Of a stretch of 64,000 nt of DNA, positions 38,220-50,401 are shown in pieces (the stretch's first letter is position 1; the number at the start of each line of letters is the position of its first letter). The translations under genes were made by a program, and so were the position numbers. The notes below the pieces were generated by a model, which had not been told where the DNA came from, did not search any database, and worked only from the letters and a program-made list of their open reading frames with translations. Source of the stretch: Octopus sinensis (taxonomy: Eukaryota); contig NC_043013.1 in assembly GCF_006345805.1 (NCBI RefSeq), positions 620,001-684,000 on the forward strand, given 5' to 3'.

Positions 38220-38665
38220 TAAAAGCACCATTTGAGCACGATCGTTGCTAGCGTCGCCTGCTGGTGGCATGTAAAAATCACCATTTGAGTGTGGTCATTG
38301 CCAGTGCCGCCTGACTGGCTCCTGTGCTGGGGGCATGTACAAAATAACATTCAAATGTGGTTGTTGCCAGTGCCACCTGACTGGCTCTTGTGCCGGTGGC
38401 ATGTAAAAAATTCCATTCAGGTGTGGTTGTTGCCAGTGCCGCCTGACTGACCTTCATGCCAGTGGCATGTAAAGAGCACCCACTACACTCTTGGTGTGGT
38501 TGGTGTTAGCAAGGGCATCCATCTGTAGGAACCTTGCCAGATCAGATTGGAGCCTGGTGCAGCATTCTGGCTTACCAGACCTCAGTCAAACCGTCCAACC
38601 CATGCCAGCATGGAAAGTGGACATTAAACGACGACAACAATGATGATGATGATGATGATGATGAT
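38220..38665 (+). mobile_element. RTE 3'UTR-only copy with 4-5 repeat units and (GAT)n tail
   Basis: ggcatgta(a/c)aa motifs about every 65 bp, then cactacactc..gtggttgg, ccatgccagcatgg, (GAT)n. Confidence 0.85.
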
Positions 38666-38669
38666 ATAT

Positions 38670-38727
<58 letters not shown>

Positions 38728-38729
<2 letters not shown>

Positions 38730-39070
38730 GTGTAGGAGTAGCTGTGTGGTAAGAAGCTTGCTTCCCAACCACATGGTTCCAGCTGCAGTCCCATTGCATG
38801 GCACCTTGGGCAAGTGTCTTCTACTATAGCCTTGGGCCAACCAAAGCCTTGTGAGTGGATTTGGTAGATGGAAACTGAAAGAAGCCTGTCGTATATATAT
38901 ATTTATATATATTTATGTGTGTATGTCTTTGTTCCAGCTCCATCACTTGACAAACAATGTTGGTGTGTTCATCTTCCTGAAACTTAGCAGTTCAGCAAAA
39001 GAGACCAATAGAATAAGTACTAGACTTACAAAGAATAAATCCTGGGGTTGATTTGTTTGACTAAAGGTGT
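38728..39070 (+). mobile_element. Family A SINE
   Basis: gtagctgtgtggtaagaagcttgcttcccaaccacatgg...ccttgggcaagtgtcttctactatagcc, TA tract, 3' segment. Confidence 0.85.
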
Positions 39071-40364
39071 GTGTTGGGTGTTTTACTTTACCAAGACTTT
39101 ACCAAATGCTCAAAAACCCTCTTTAGTATTAAGTTCTTTAATATTGCATTTGGAACAAAGCAGAAATTTTCTAAAAGGGACAAAAATTACATTCCTGTTG
39201 AAATCTATAGACATTTGATTACATTTTTGGAAAAGTCTCTCCTTAAAGACTATTTTCCTAGCTTTGAACAATGGTTGGTCGTGCTTGTACTACACACAGA
39301 GAAGGATGTTCCAGGCAGGGTCTGCTAATAATAATGGTCTCTGGGAAGCTACAACGGAAGAAGCAGTTGTTTCCCAGTCACTTTTTAAGGCAGTGAAACA
39401 GCCATGCAGTTCTATAGAAAAACATATGAACTGCCATTCCATAATGATCCTTGGTTAAAATTTAGAGAATATGAATTTGAAGAATTTAAACAAAATGTGC
39501 AGCAACATAATCCTAAAGTTGCCATGCATTTCAGTGATGCAGTCTTCTGTTCAGCTCTCATTATCATCATCATCATCATCATGATTGCTTTACATTTGCC
39601 TTCCACGCTGGCATGGATGGGATGGTTTGACAGGAGCCAGCCAGGTAGAAGCCTGCGCTTGACTTCTGTGACTGTTTTTGGCAGAGTCTTCATGGCTTGA
39701 TGTTCTTCCTAACACCAACCACCTCGTAGAGTGAAGTGAGTGCTTTTTACATGATAGCAGCAAAGGCAAAGTCAGTTTTGGCATGGCTTTTTACAGCTGG
39801 ATGCCCTTCCATATGCCAACCACTTTACAGTGTGGACTGGGTGCTTATTAAGTGGCACCTGCACTGGCAGGGTCACCAAGTACCTCGCAAGAAAAAAATC
39901 TTTTAAGAGGGGAGGGGCATTGAACGAAGAGATCTTGTGGTGGATGATGAAAGGTTATAGTGAGACAGAGAGACAGAAACTGGTGTCTTGCTATAGAGGA
40001 AGTACAAGGTTACCTGGTGAGAGAGAGAGAGATCAGGAATGAAGACAGAAACAGGTGTGCTTCCGCAAAGAGAAGGACAAAGTTGGGAAATAAATACAGT
40101 TTGTCTTAGAATAACTGGTCTCAATGGAACTAACAAATGAGGTTCAAATGTCAAATCCGTTAAAAGCTGTTAATTCTCTTTCTCAGTTTATGGCTAAAAA
40201 TGAGTTGCAGCTATTTAACAATTAAAATAGCCTTCAACACAATTGTCGTATCCAGAACAAAAAAAGTGAAACGTTCTTTCTTCATACACTTAGAGGAACA
40301 AGAAAAACATTTTTGATAAACCTGCCATTGATAGGAACAATGAACCATGGTAAAGTTGCCATTG

Positions 40365-40582
40365 CAGATGCATCTTCAGGTATCTTCAGATGCATCTTCA
40401 GGTATCTTCAGATGCATCTTCAGGTATCTTCAGATGCATCTTCAGGTATCTTCAGATGCATCTTCAGGTATCTTCAGATGCATCTTCAGGTATCTTCAGA
40501 TGCATCTTCAGGTATCTTCAGATGCATCTTCAGGTATCTTCAGATGCATCTTCAGGTATCTTCAGATGCATCTTCAGGTATC
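40365..40582. repeat. Perfect 22-bp minisatellite, about 10 copies
   Basis: Unit cagatgcatcttcaggtatctt repeated without any mismatch seen. Confidence 0.95.
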
Positions 40583-40954
40583 GCTACAATTCTGTTGCCT
40601 GCAGGTAAAATAGCTCACAGTTCATTCAACTTCTTCATTCAACCTTACCATTGATGGCACCACAAGTGGTAAAATTTACAACCAGCAAGGACAACAGATG
40701 CTAAATAATGATCACAATTTGAGATTGGGTGCATTATGTCCAATAAAGTTACTTTTGAGGCTTAGGATAAAATTCTTAGGAGTATCAGAAGAACAAGTAT
40801 AATATTAGTTTGATTGCTGGGGATTTTCATCAGACACTTCTGGGAAGGGGACACTTCTGGGAAGGGGACAAGAGCTGATTAAATCAGAAGCTGCTTCAAA
40901 TCCCTACATTTGTAGAGACACACTAATAACTTGAAACTGGAAATAAATATAAGA

Positions 40955-41305
40955 GCTTGTCTAGGCACAAGGCCCAAAATTTGGGGGGAGGGTGCCAGTT
41001 GATTAGATCGACCCCAGTATGCAACTGGTACTTAATTTATCGACCCCGAAAGGATGAAAGGCAAAGTTGACCTCGATGGAATACAAAGCAACAATATTCT
41101 TTTCTACTCTAGCCACAAGACCCAAAATTTGGGGAGGGTGCCAGTCGATTAGATTGATCTCAGTACGTGACTGATACTTAATTTATTGACCCGAAAGGAT
41201 GAAAAGCAAAGTCGATCTCAGCGGAATTTGAACTTAGAAGGTAAAGATGAGCGAAATACTGCTAAGCATTTCACCTGGTGTGCTAACGTTTCTGCCAGCT
41301 TGCCA
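40955..41305 (-). mobile_element. Two tandem family B SINEs
   Basis: Reverse complement of family B core twice (ccgaaaggatgaaa(g)gcaaagt). Confidence 0.8.
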
Positions 41306-42157
41306 CCTTACATTAAGAGCTTATCTTAACAAAGGTTAACACTCAGCTGATCTTGCTACCAGATGTTTTGAACTTGGCGAAGGGATATTGGGTCTGACTT
41401 AAAATAGGGTTATATCTATTGCTAACAAAAATGTATTGATATTATTGGTTGATTAACTAAAAGCCTTTTCCAACATTCAGTGCAACTTCAACAATCAGAA
41501 TTGACTCTCTAAAAGAACAATACCTGCCTCAGCCAATAAAGGTTATTAACATAATGAACAAATTATTCAATAATCATATGAAGGTGAATTTATCAACAAA
41601 TCTGTAGGTACTGTTTTAGACCTTTGAGAATCTGACAGCTACTTCTAGCAAGTTAAGTTACCATGAAGAGGTTCCCTTGTTTTCTTGTCTGAAACAAGTA
41701 CATTTAGCAAATAGGGTCTTAGAATGGATCTTCATATCCAAAGAAGCGATTTCTTAAAAGACATTTTCTTTTTAAATCTTGCTTATTTTCTTTATAACAA
41801 AAACATTTGGGTTTCAATTGAAGGAAATATTAATTACGCTGGTCCACAATGTTACACTTGTGGAATTTCCTGTTAAGGATTGGGTTGTTTTCCAATATTC
41901 TGCAATGACATAAACAAGCTGATGAACTACGTCCAGGAAATAAACCATCACACTGTATTTCTGTATTATCTTACAGCCTGGCTCCACTCCTGTCTGTGCA
42001 AACATGCATGTGTGTGTGTGTGTCTAAGCCCATATGTGCAAGAATTGTAAATGATAAACAACACATAGGTATGTTAGATAGAAGTGAATCTATGGACAAT
42101 AACACAAATGTGTTTCAACCAAGATATAATTGCATTTATTTATTTATTTGTTTTTAT

Positions 42158-42308
42158 AGCATGACTGTGTAATAAGAAGTTTGCTTCTGAACAACATGGT
42201 TCTGAGTTCAGTCCCACTGAGTGGCAAGTGTTTTCTACCCTTGGGCTCACAAAATTCTTGACACTGCATTTGATTTGGCCAATGGAAACTGAAGGAAGCC
42301 TGTCATAT

Positions 42309-42360
<52 letters not shown>
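42158..42360 (+). mobile_element. Family A SINE head/core running into (CA)n
   Basis: aagaagtttgcttc...ctgagttcagtcccact...ggaaactgaaggaagcctgtcatatac. Confidence 0.7.
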
Positions 42361-42366
<6 letters not shown>

Positions 42367-42605
42367 GTATATGTGTGTGTGTGCATGTGTGCATGTAGAA
42401 ATATATATGTATATATATGTTTGTATGTATGTATGTATACATATATATATCAAATATAAATTAAAAACAGAACACAAACTCTCACCTCTGCCGCTATCTG
42501 GCATATACAGGTGCTTTTACACTTATCAGGTATTCACTCTAAATTTACAGTATATATTAGGTTGAGGAAAAGTCTCTAATGAGTAGTGACTTCAAGCTGC
42601 AGACA

Positions 42606-43559
42606 TAACACACACACACATACATACATACATACATACATACATACATACACACATACATTCACACATACATACATACATACATACATACATACATACA
42701 TACATACATACACACACACATACATACATACATACATACATACACACATACATACACACACACATACATACATACACACATACATACATACATACATACA
42801 TACATACATACATACACACACATATACATACATACATACATACATACATACATACATACATACACACACACATACATACATACATACATACATACATACA
42901 CACACACATACATTCACACATACATACACACACACACACATACATACATACATACATACATACATACATACATACATACATACATACATACATACACACA
43001 CATACATACATACATACATACACACACATACATACATACACACACACATACATACATACATACATACATACATACATACATACACACACACATACATACA
43101 TACATACATACATACATACATACACACATACATACATACATACACACACACATACATACATACATACATACATACATACACACATACATACATACATGCA
43201 TACATACACACATACATACATACACGCATACATACATACATGCATACATACACACATACATACATACATGCATACATACACACATACATACATACATGCA
43301 TACATACACACATACACACATACATACACACATACATACATACATACATACATACATACATACATACACACACACATACATACATACATACATACATACA
43401 TACATACACACACACATACATTCACACATACATACACACACACATACATACATACATACATACATACATACATACATACATACACACACATACATACATA
43501 CATACACACACACATACATACATACATACATACATACATACATACACACACACATACAT

Positions 43560-43590
<31 letters not shown>

Positions 43591-43803
43591 TACATACATA
43601 CATACATACATACATACACACATACATACATACATGCATACATACACACATACATACATACATGCATACATACACACATACACACATACATACACACATA
43701 CATACATACATACATACATACATACAAACATACATACATACATACATACATACATACATACACACACACATACATACATACATACATACATACATACATA
43801 CAT

Positions 43804-43838
<35 letters not shown>

Positions 43839-44169
43839 TACATACATACATACAAACATACATACATACACACACACATACATACATACATACATACATA
43901 CATACATACATACATACATACATACATACATACACACACACACATACATACATACATACATACATACATACACACATACATACACACACACAAAGATACA
44001 TACATACATACATACATACACACATACATACATACATGCATACATACACACACACATACATACATACACACATGCATACATACATACATACATACATACA
44101 TACATACATACATGCATGCATGCATGCATACATGCATGCATGCATACATACATACATACATACATACAT

Positions 44170-44202
<33 letters not shown>

Positions 44203-44231
44203 TACATACATACATACATACATACATACAT

Positions 44232-44264
<33 letters not shown>

Positions 44265-45652
44265 TACATACACACATACATACACACACACACACACACA
44301 CATACATACATACACCACACATACATACATACTACATACATACATACATACAACACCACATACATACATCATGCATACATACACACACACATGCATACAT
44401 ACACACATACATACTACTACATACATACATACATACATACATACATACATACATACTACATACATACATACATACATACATACATACATACATACATACT
44501 ACATACATACATACCACACATACATACATAACTACATACAAACCATACATACATACACACATACATACATACATACATACACACATACATACATACATAC
44601 ATACATACATACATACATACATACATACACACATACATACATACACACATACATACATACATACATACACACACACATACATACATACACACATACATAC
44701 ATACATACACACATACATACATACACACATACACACATACATACACACACACATACATACATACACACACACATACATACATACACACATACATACATAC
44801 AATACATACATACATACACACATACATACATACATACACACATACATACATACATACACACATACATACATACATACACACATACATACATACATACACA
44901 CATACATACATACATACACACATACATACATACATACATACATACATACATACATACATACATACATCATACATACATACATACATACATACATACATAC
45001 ATACACACACACATACATACATACAAACATACATACATACATACATACATACATACATACATACATACATACAAACATACATACACACATACACACATAC
45101 ATACATACATACACACATACATACATACATACACACATACATACATACACACATACACACATACATACATACATACATACATACACACATACATACATAC
45201 ACACATACATACATACATACACACATACATACATACATACATACATACATACACACACACATACATACATACAAACATACATACATACATACAACATACA
45301 TACATACATACATACAAACATACATACACACATACACACATACATACATACATACACACATACATACATACATACACACATACATACATACACACATACA
45401 CACATACATACATACATACATACATACACACATACATACATACACACATACATACATACATACACACATACATACATACATACATACATACATACATACA
45501 TACATACATACATACATACATACATACATACATACACACACACATACATACACACACACATACATACATACATACATACATACATACACACACACATACA
45601 TACATACACACATACATACATACATACACACATACATACATACAAACATACA

Positions 45653-45686
<34 letters not shown>

Positions 45687-45715
45687 CAAACATACATATA
45701 TATATATATATATAA
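42606..45715. repeat. ~3.1-kb (TACA)n/(CA)n simple-repeat array ending in (TA)n
   Basis: Direct reading; source of the 1083-aa and other HTYI/MYVC artefact ORFs. Confidence 0.98.
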
Positions 45716-48277
45716 CGGGAAGCTTTATGAAAATAGACAAAAGACGAAGGCAGTTTTACGGAAATAAACAAAAGACGAAGGCAGGTGGAAAACAAACAAA
45801 TAATTGTATTAGTATGGCACTCAGGAAATATAAATGAAACAAGTCTTTAACGTTTCGAGCCTACGCTCTTCAACAGAAAGATACACAGAGAAAAAAACAC
45901 AGAAAGAAGGAGAGAAAAAAAATATGCGTGCAGAAGCTAGCGAATCAACATGGCGATCTGATTTCGGCCAGAAGTCAAAGATCAAACATGAGACGCAAGA
46001 GCGAAATTGGGGAGATAATAGGGTTGAATGACCCCGCTCAAACATAAGAGTGTGTGTGTGTGTGTATGAGAAGAGTGTGTGTGTGTGTATGAGAGAGTAT
46101 TAGTGCGTATGAGAGGTCTAGACGTGTGTATGTATATATGATGTGATGTGTAAAGTCGTATGGTGTAGTGTAGAGAGAGGAGAAGAGGGTGAGGGGAGGT
46201 GGAGGGGCTGAGGGGGAGAAGGAGGGAGAGAGGGGAGGGGGAGGGGGAGAGAGGGTAGAAGGAAAGGGGAGAATGGAGGGGGAAGGGGAGGGGGAGAAGG
46301 AAGGAGAGGAGAGAGGGAAGGGAGTGAGGGAGCAGAGGGAGGGGAAGAGGGAAGAAGGAGGGAGGGAGAAAAGAGGGAAGAAGGGAAGAGGAGTAGGGGT
46401 GAAAGGATGAAGGACTGAAGAGAAGTAGGGGTCGGGGGGGAGGTTAGATGAGGAGGGGTGAGAGGGGGGTTAGATGAGGAGGGGGAGAGTTGAGACCAAA
46501 TGGCATATAAGAGCGAAGAGAGAAGATTAATTCCTGTTCACGGCGTAAAGACAAACCGAACACAGACAGGTGTTGCAAGGAGTGACCGGTGGAGCGGAAA
46601 TGGCGTGAGACCGGTGTGTCGTTCGCAAGGTGGATGTCACGAAGGTGTTCCGCGAACCGGTCAGCCAAGCGGCGTCCCGTTTGTCCGATGTACCGGGAAT
46701 GGCAGAGAGAGCAAGAGACGCAATAGATAATATTGCTGGAGGTGCAGGTGAAGGAGTTGATGATGTGAAAGGGTCGATGATGTGAAAGGGTCGATGATGG
46801 GTGCCAGTGAGGAGGGTGGTGTTGGAGAGGTAAGGGCAAGTGCGGCAACGTGGGCGGGAGCAGGGGAACGAGCCAGGTTGGGAGGTAGGGTCAGGGAAGG
46901 AGCTATGGACCAAAAGGTCTCGAAGGTTATGGGCTCGTTTGAAAGAGGGGAGGGGTCGGTTAGGGAAGAGGTGTGAAGTGGACGGGTCTGACTGGAGATA
47001 ACGGAAAGCTTGAAGAATGGTGCATTGGAGAGGTAGGGTCGTGGGGTGGTAAGTGAGGGGAAAAGGGAGGCGGGAGACTACAGGGCGGGTTCGGGGAGAG
47101 AGAGCAGATACACGGTCCACGGAACGTGCTCTGGCAAGGGTGGTGTGGATAGTGGTGAGGGGGTATCCACGTAGGATGAAGTGGTCAGCCATACGTTGAG
47201 ACTGAGTCTCAAAGTCATGGTCGTCACTACAGAGACTACGTAGACGGAGGAATTGGGAATAGGGGATGGAAAGCTTGGTGTGTTCTGGGTGGGAGGAAGA
47301 GAAGTTGAGGTAAGAGTGTGAGTCTGTGTGTTTGTAGTGAATGGAGGTGGTAAGAGTGGAGTGAAGAATGCTAACCGAAATGTCGAGGAAGGAGACAGAG
47401 GTGTTGGAGATAGTGGAAGTGAAGTGGAGGGCTGGATGGAAAGATTGAACAAAAGAGAGGAAGGAATCTAGATGTTCACGGGAGAGTGAGGTGGCACCGA
47501 TAATGTCGTCAATGTAACGACCATATAGTTCAGGAGTGGGACCAGTGAAATTAGAGAATATTTGGGCCTCAACATAGCCAACGAACAGGTTCGCATAGTT
47601 GGGGCCCATTCGCGTTCCCATGGCCACTCCCGAGACCTGATGGTAGAACTCGCTCGTGAACGAGAAGCAGTTAAGAGTAAGGACAAGTTCAGCCAGATGA
47701 ATGAGTGTGGAGGTGTCAGGTTCAGGGTTGGAGCAGAGGTCAAGAAAGTGTTGAAGTGCCTGCAGTCCTTCGTGGTGAGGGATAATGGTATAGAGGCTCT
47801 GAATGTCCATAGTAAAAAAGATTTTGGAGGAGCCGGGAGGAAAGGAGAAAGAGTTGAAAAGCCGGAGAGCATGGTTGGTATCGTGGATGTGGGAGGGAAG
47901 AGATGCCACTAGGGGGGCAAGGACACGGTCGAGGTATTTAGAGATGAGCTCCGTGGGGCAGTTACAGGCGGAGACGATGGGGCGGCCAGGGTTGTTGGGT
48001 TTGTGGATTTTGGGGAGGAAGTAAATGGTGGGGGTACGTGGGGTTCGCACAATTAGGTTGGATGCGGTGTGGGGGAGACAGGAGGACGAGATGAGGTCGC
48101 GGACAGTAGAGGATACCGTCTGTTGGTAGCTACGTGTGGGGTTAGAGGACAGAGGGGAGTAGAAGGAGGTGTCATTGAGTTGGCGGAAAGCCTCGGCCCT
48201 GTAGAGGTCCGAGCGCCACACCACTACAGCTCCACCCTTGTCAGCCGGTTTGATGATGATGTCAGCGCGCCGTTGGA
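45716..48277 (-). mobile_element. 5'-truncated Penelope-like element (Neptune-like): RT, Cys-rich linker, GIY-YIG endonuclease, 3' region with hammerhead
   Basis: IIKPADKGGAVVVW, LPKIHKPNNPGRPIVS, MDIQSLYT, GVAMGTRMGP.YANLF, RYIDDI, FLD, YLNFSSSHP; CSRPRCRTC; IIYCVSC..C..RYIGQTGR.L..RF.EH...R..REQ.LI..L.....GLN. (TA)n on both sides. Confidence 0.93.
45844..45881 (-). ncRNA. Minimal type I hammerhead ribozyme motif with A6U core variant
   Basis: Minus strand UCUUU-CUGUUGA-A-GAGC(GUAG)GCUC-GAA-ACGU-U-AAAGA: 5-bp stem I, 4-bp stem II, palindromic ACGU stem III. Confidence 0.7.
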
Positions 48278-48459
48278 ATATATATACATATATATATGAA
48301 AGTCTATAAGGATTACTTAATACAGTTTTTGAAGTGCAGAGGTGATACACACACACACACACACACATATGTATACGCACAAATACATGCACACACAAAG
48401 TTTTGTACATATATTATATACATAGACCATTGTTATTTAAATGTCCACTTTTCGATGCT

Positions 48460-48865
48460 TGCATAGGTCAGGTTGGGGCAGCTTCTATGCAGCTGGATGC
48501 CCTTCCTGTCACCAACCCTCACCTGTTTCCAAGCAAAGTAAATCCCCCCTTCTCCCAGGGCCAGATATATTCTCTCAGAACATAGGAAATGAATGACACT
48601 GCTTGTATGAAGGTGGTTATCCTTTACAACTATCATATGATGTCAAGACATGGAGATACAAGCACAAGCAACCCCACCACCACCACCACCACCACCACCA
48701 CCACCACCACGCACACAAGGAGTTTCTCTCAGTTTCTGTCTACCAAATCCACTGACAAGGCTTTGGTTGACCCAAGGCCATAGTAGCAGACACCCGCCTA
48801 AGGGGCCATGCAGTGGGACTGGACCTGGAATCTTGTGGTTGGAAAAGCAAACTTCTTGTCACACA
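48460..48865. mobile_element. RTE-tail-related repeat (48460-48660) and family A SINE (-, 48715-48865)
   Basis: cagctggatgcccttcctgtcaccaaccc motif; SINE A core. Confidence 0.65.
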
Positions 48866-48914
48866 GCATTCTTATGCTTTGTTACACCTGCGCCTTAGCC
48901 ATTCCTGAATACGG

Positions 48915-49145
48915 TTAATAGTTTATCAATCAGTTCTTGTGAAAATGGAGATGAAAGAGTTTTAGCATCAGCAAAAGAATTAGCCACAGAATTGGATGAG
49001 GAACTCATGTTTAAAGTTGCAAGAACACACCTCTTCCCCTTATACACACCCACCAGAAACAAAAATACGATGAATTGGTGAACTACAAATGACTCAGAAA
49101 GAGGCTGACCCAGAAAGAAGATTAAAAGAAATGTCATGTGTTAAA
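48915..49145 (+). pseudogene. hAT-type transposase fossil fragment
   Basis: CENGDERVLASAKELATELDEELMFK resembles the hAT C-terminal G.E.V...AKELA.EL..E..F motif; frameshifted. Confidence 0.45.
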
Positions 49146-49519
49146 GTAAAATTCAACAGAGATATGTTTTCTATCAGAGATATTTGAAAAGTTACAAAGT
49201 TTCCATAACACATGGGACAAAAGACATGTGTTGTTAACTCAGTAACCTTCCTCTGAGTTAGCTTTCAAACTATTTGTTAAGATCTGCTTTATATTTGCTG
49301 TGTAAATCAGCGAGATCTTCTTGGTGTGTCTATTGAATAGTTAGTTTTGTGTGTGTGTGTGTGTGTGTGTGTAAGCATAAAATGTTTATCTGTTAATTTA
49401 TGAAAAGCCCTACCTTCAAAGATCTTAATATCTAGGACTTTACTTTTCTGTGTGATAAGACCCAAAATTTATATGAAGGTGAGTGCAAAATATATGGACA
49501 CCTTTAGAACAATAATATT

Positions 49520-49775
49520 ATGCTGTATTACAGAAGGGCAGCTCCCACTCCCATCTATGACAACATTAGCAGTAAGGCCAAACAGATAGTGAAATGTTAT
49601 CTGCTGGAGGTTGATTGGAAACTGCCGGCTGTATTTTAACAACATCAAAAGGTGCAGGCTTTGCTTAGCAGAGAAGTGGTCGGTCTTAAAACATTCCCTT
49701 CATCTGGATATTTTTGTGAACTTCAAATTGGAGACTTTTATGCTCTGTCCCACTGAATGTAAATACATTCTAAGG
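49520..49775 (+). pseudogene. Fossil C-terminus of a second Penelope-like lineage
   Basis: ITEG...TTL...ICWRL...YFNNIKRCRLCLAEK resembles the GIY-YIG end Y.N..KRC.LCL.EK of PLEs with an LYRDD RT. Confidence 0.5.
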
Positions 49776-49789
49776 AAATCCTCATCACA

Positions 49790-50080
49790 CCATCACTATT
49801 TAACATCTGTTTTCCTTGCTGGCATGGGTTGGATGGTTCAATAGGAGCTGGCAAGGCTGGAGAGCTACACCAGACTCCATTTGTTTGTTTTGGCATGGTT
49901 TCTACAGCTGGTGCCCTTCTTAATGCCAACCATTTTACAGAGTGGACTGGTTGCTTTTTATGTGGCACCATCACAGGTACTTTTGTTATTGTACCTGCAC
50001 GAGTGCTTCAAACATGACACCAGCACAAATGCTTTTGATGAGGTACCTGCACAGGTGCTTTTAACATGGCATCATCTCAA
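49790..50080 (-). mobile_element. RTE-tail-related copy
   Basis: tttaacatctgttttccttgctggcatgggttggatgg...ctacagctggtgcccttcttaatgccaacc. Confidence 0.7.
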
Positions 50081-50337
50081 TATATGATATTGGTTATCAT
50101 TTGGTTACTACTTGTGATGAGGATAAGGTGTTGGTGTATCCCAGGCAACATAGTTCTGGTATAGCACAGAGGGATAACAGGGTAATTTGATTTTCCACTT
50201 GAAACCATATTATATATTTATTATTATTATTATTATTAATGATTTAAAGAAATGTTGTTTTCTCATATCAGTCACCCTTTCCTGATGATGCTGAGGTTTT
50301 ATACACACACACATACACACACACAACACACACATAC

Positions 50338-50399
<62 letters not shown>

Positions 50400-50401
<2 letters not shown>

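Noticed and set aside
38220-38480. CRISPR-like repeat/spacer appearance of ~65-bp units (also 53965-54250, 58520-58800)
   Set aside because: Eukaryotic context, linkers are homologous to one another, no cas genes, and the array is part of the RTE 3'UTR.
42576-45837. Long ORFs of up to 1083 aa (HTYI/MYVC repeats)
   Set aside because: Translation of a (TACA)n/(CA)n array that lacks stop codons in most frames; not genes.
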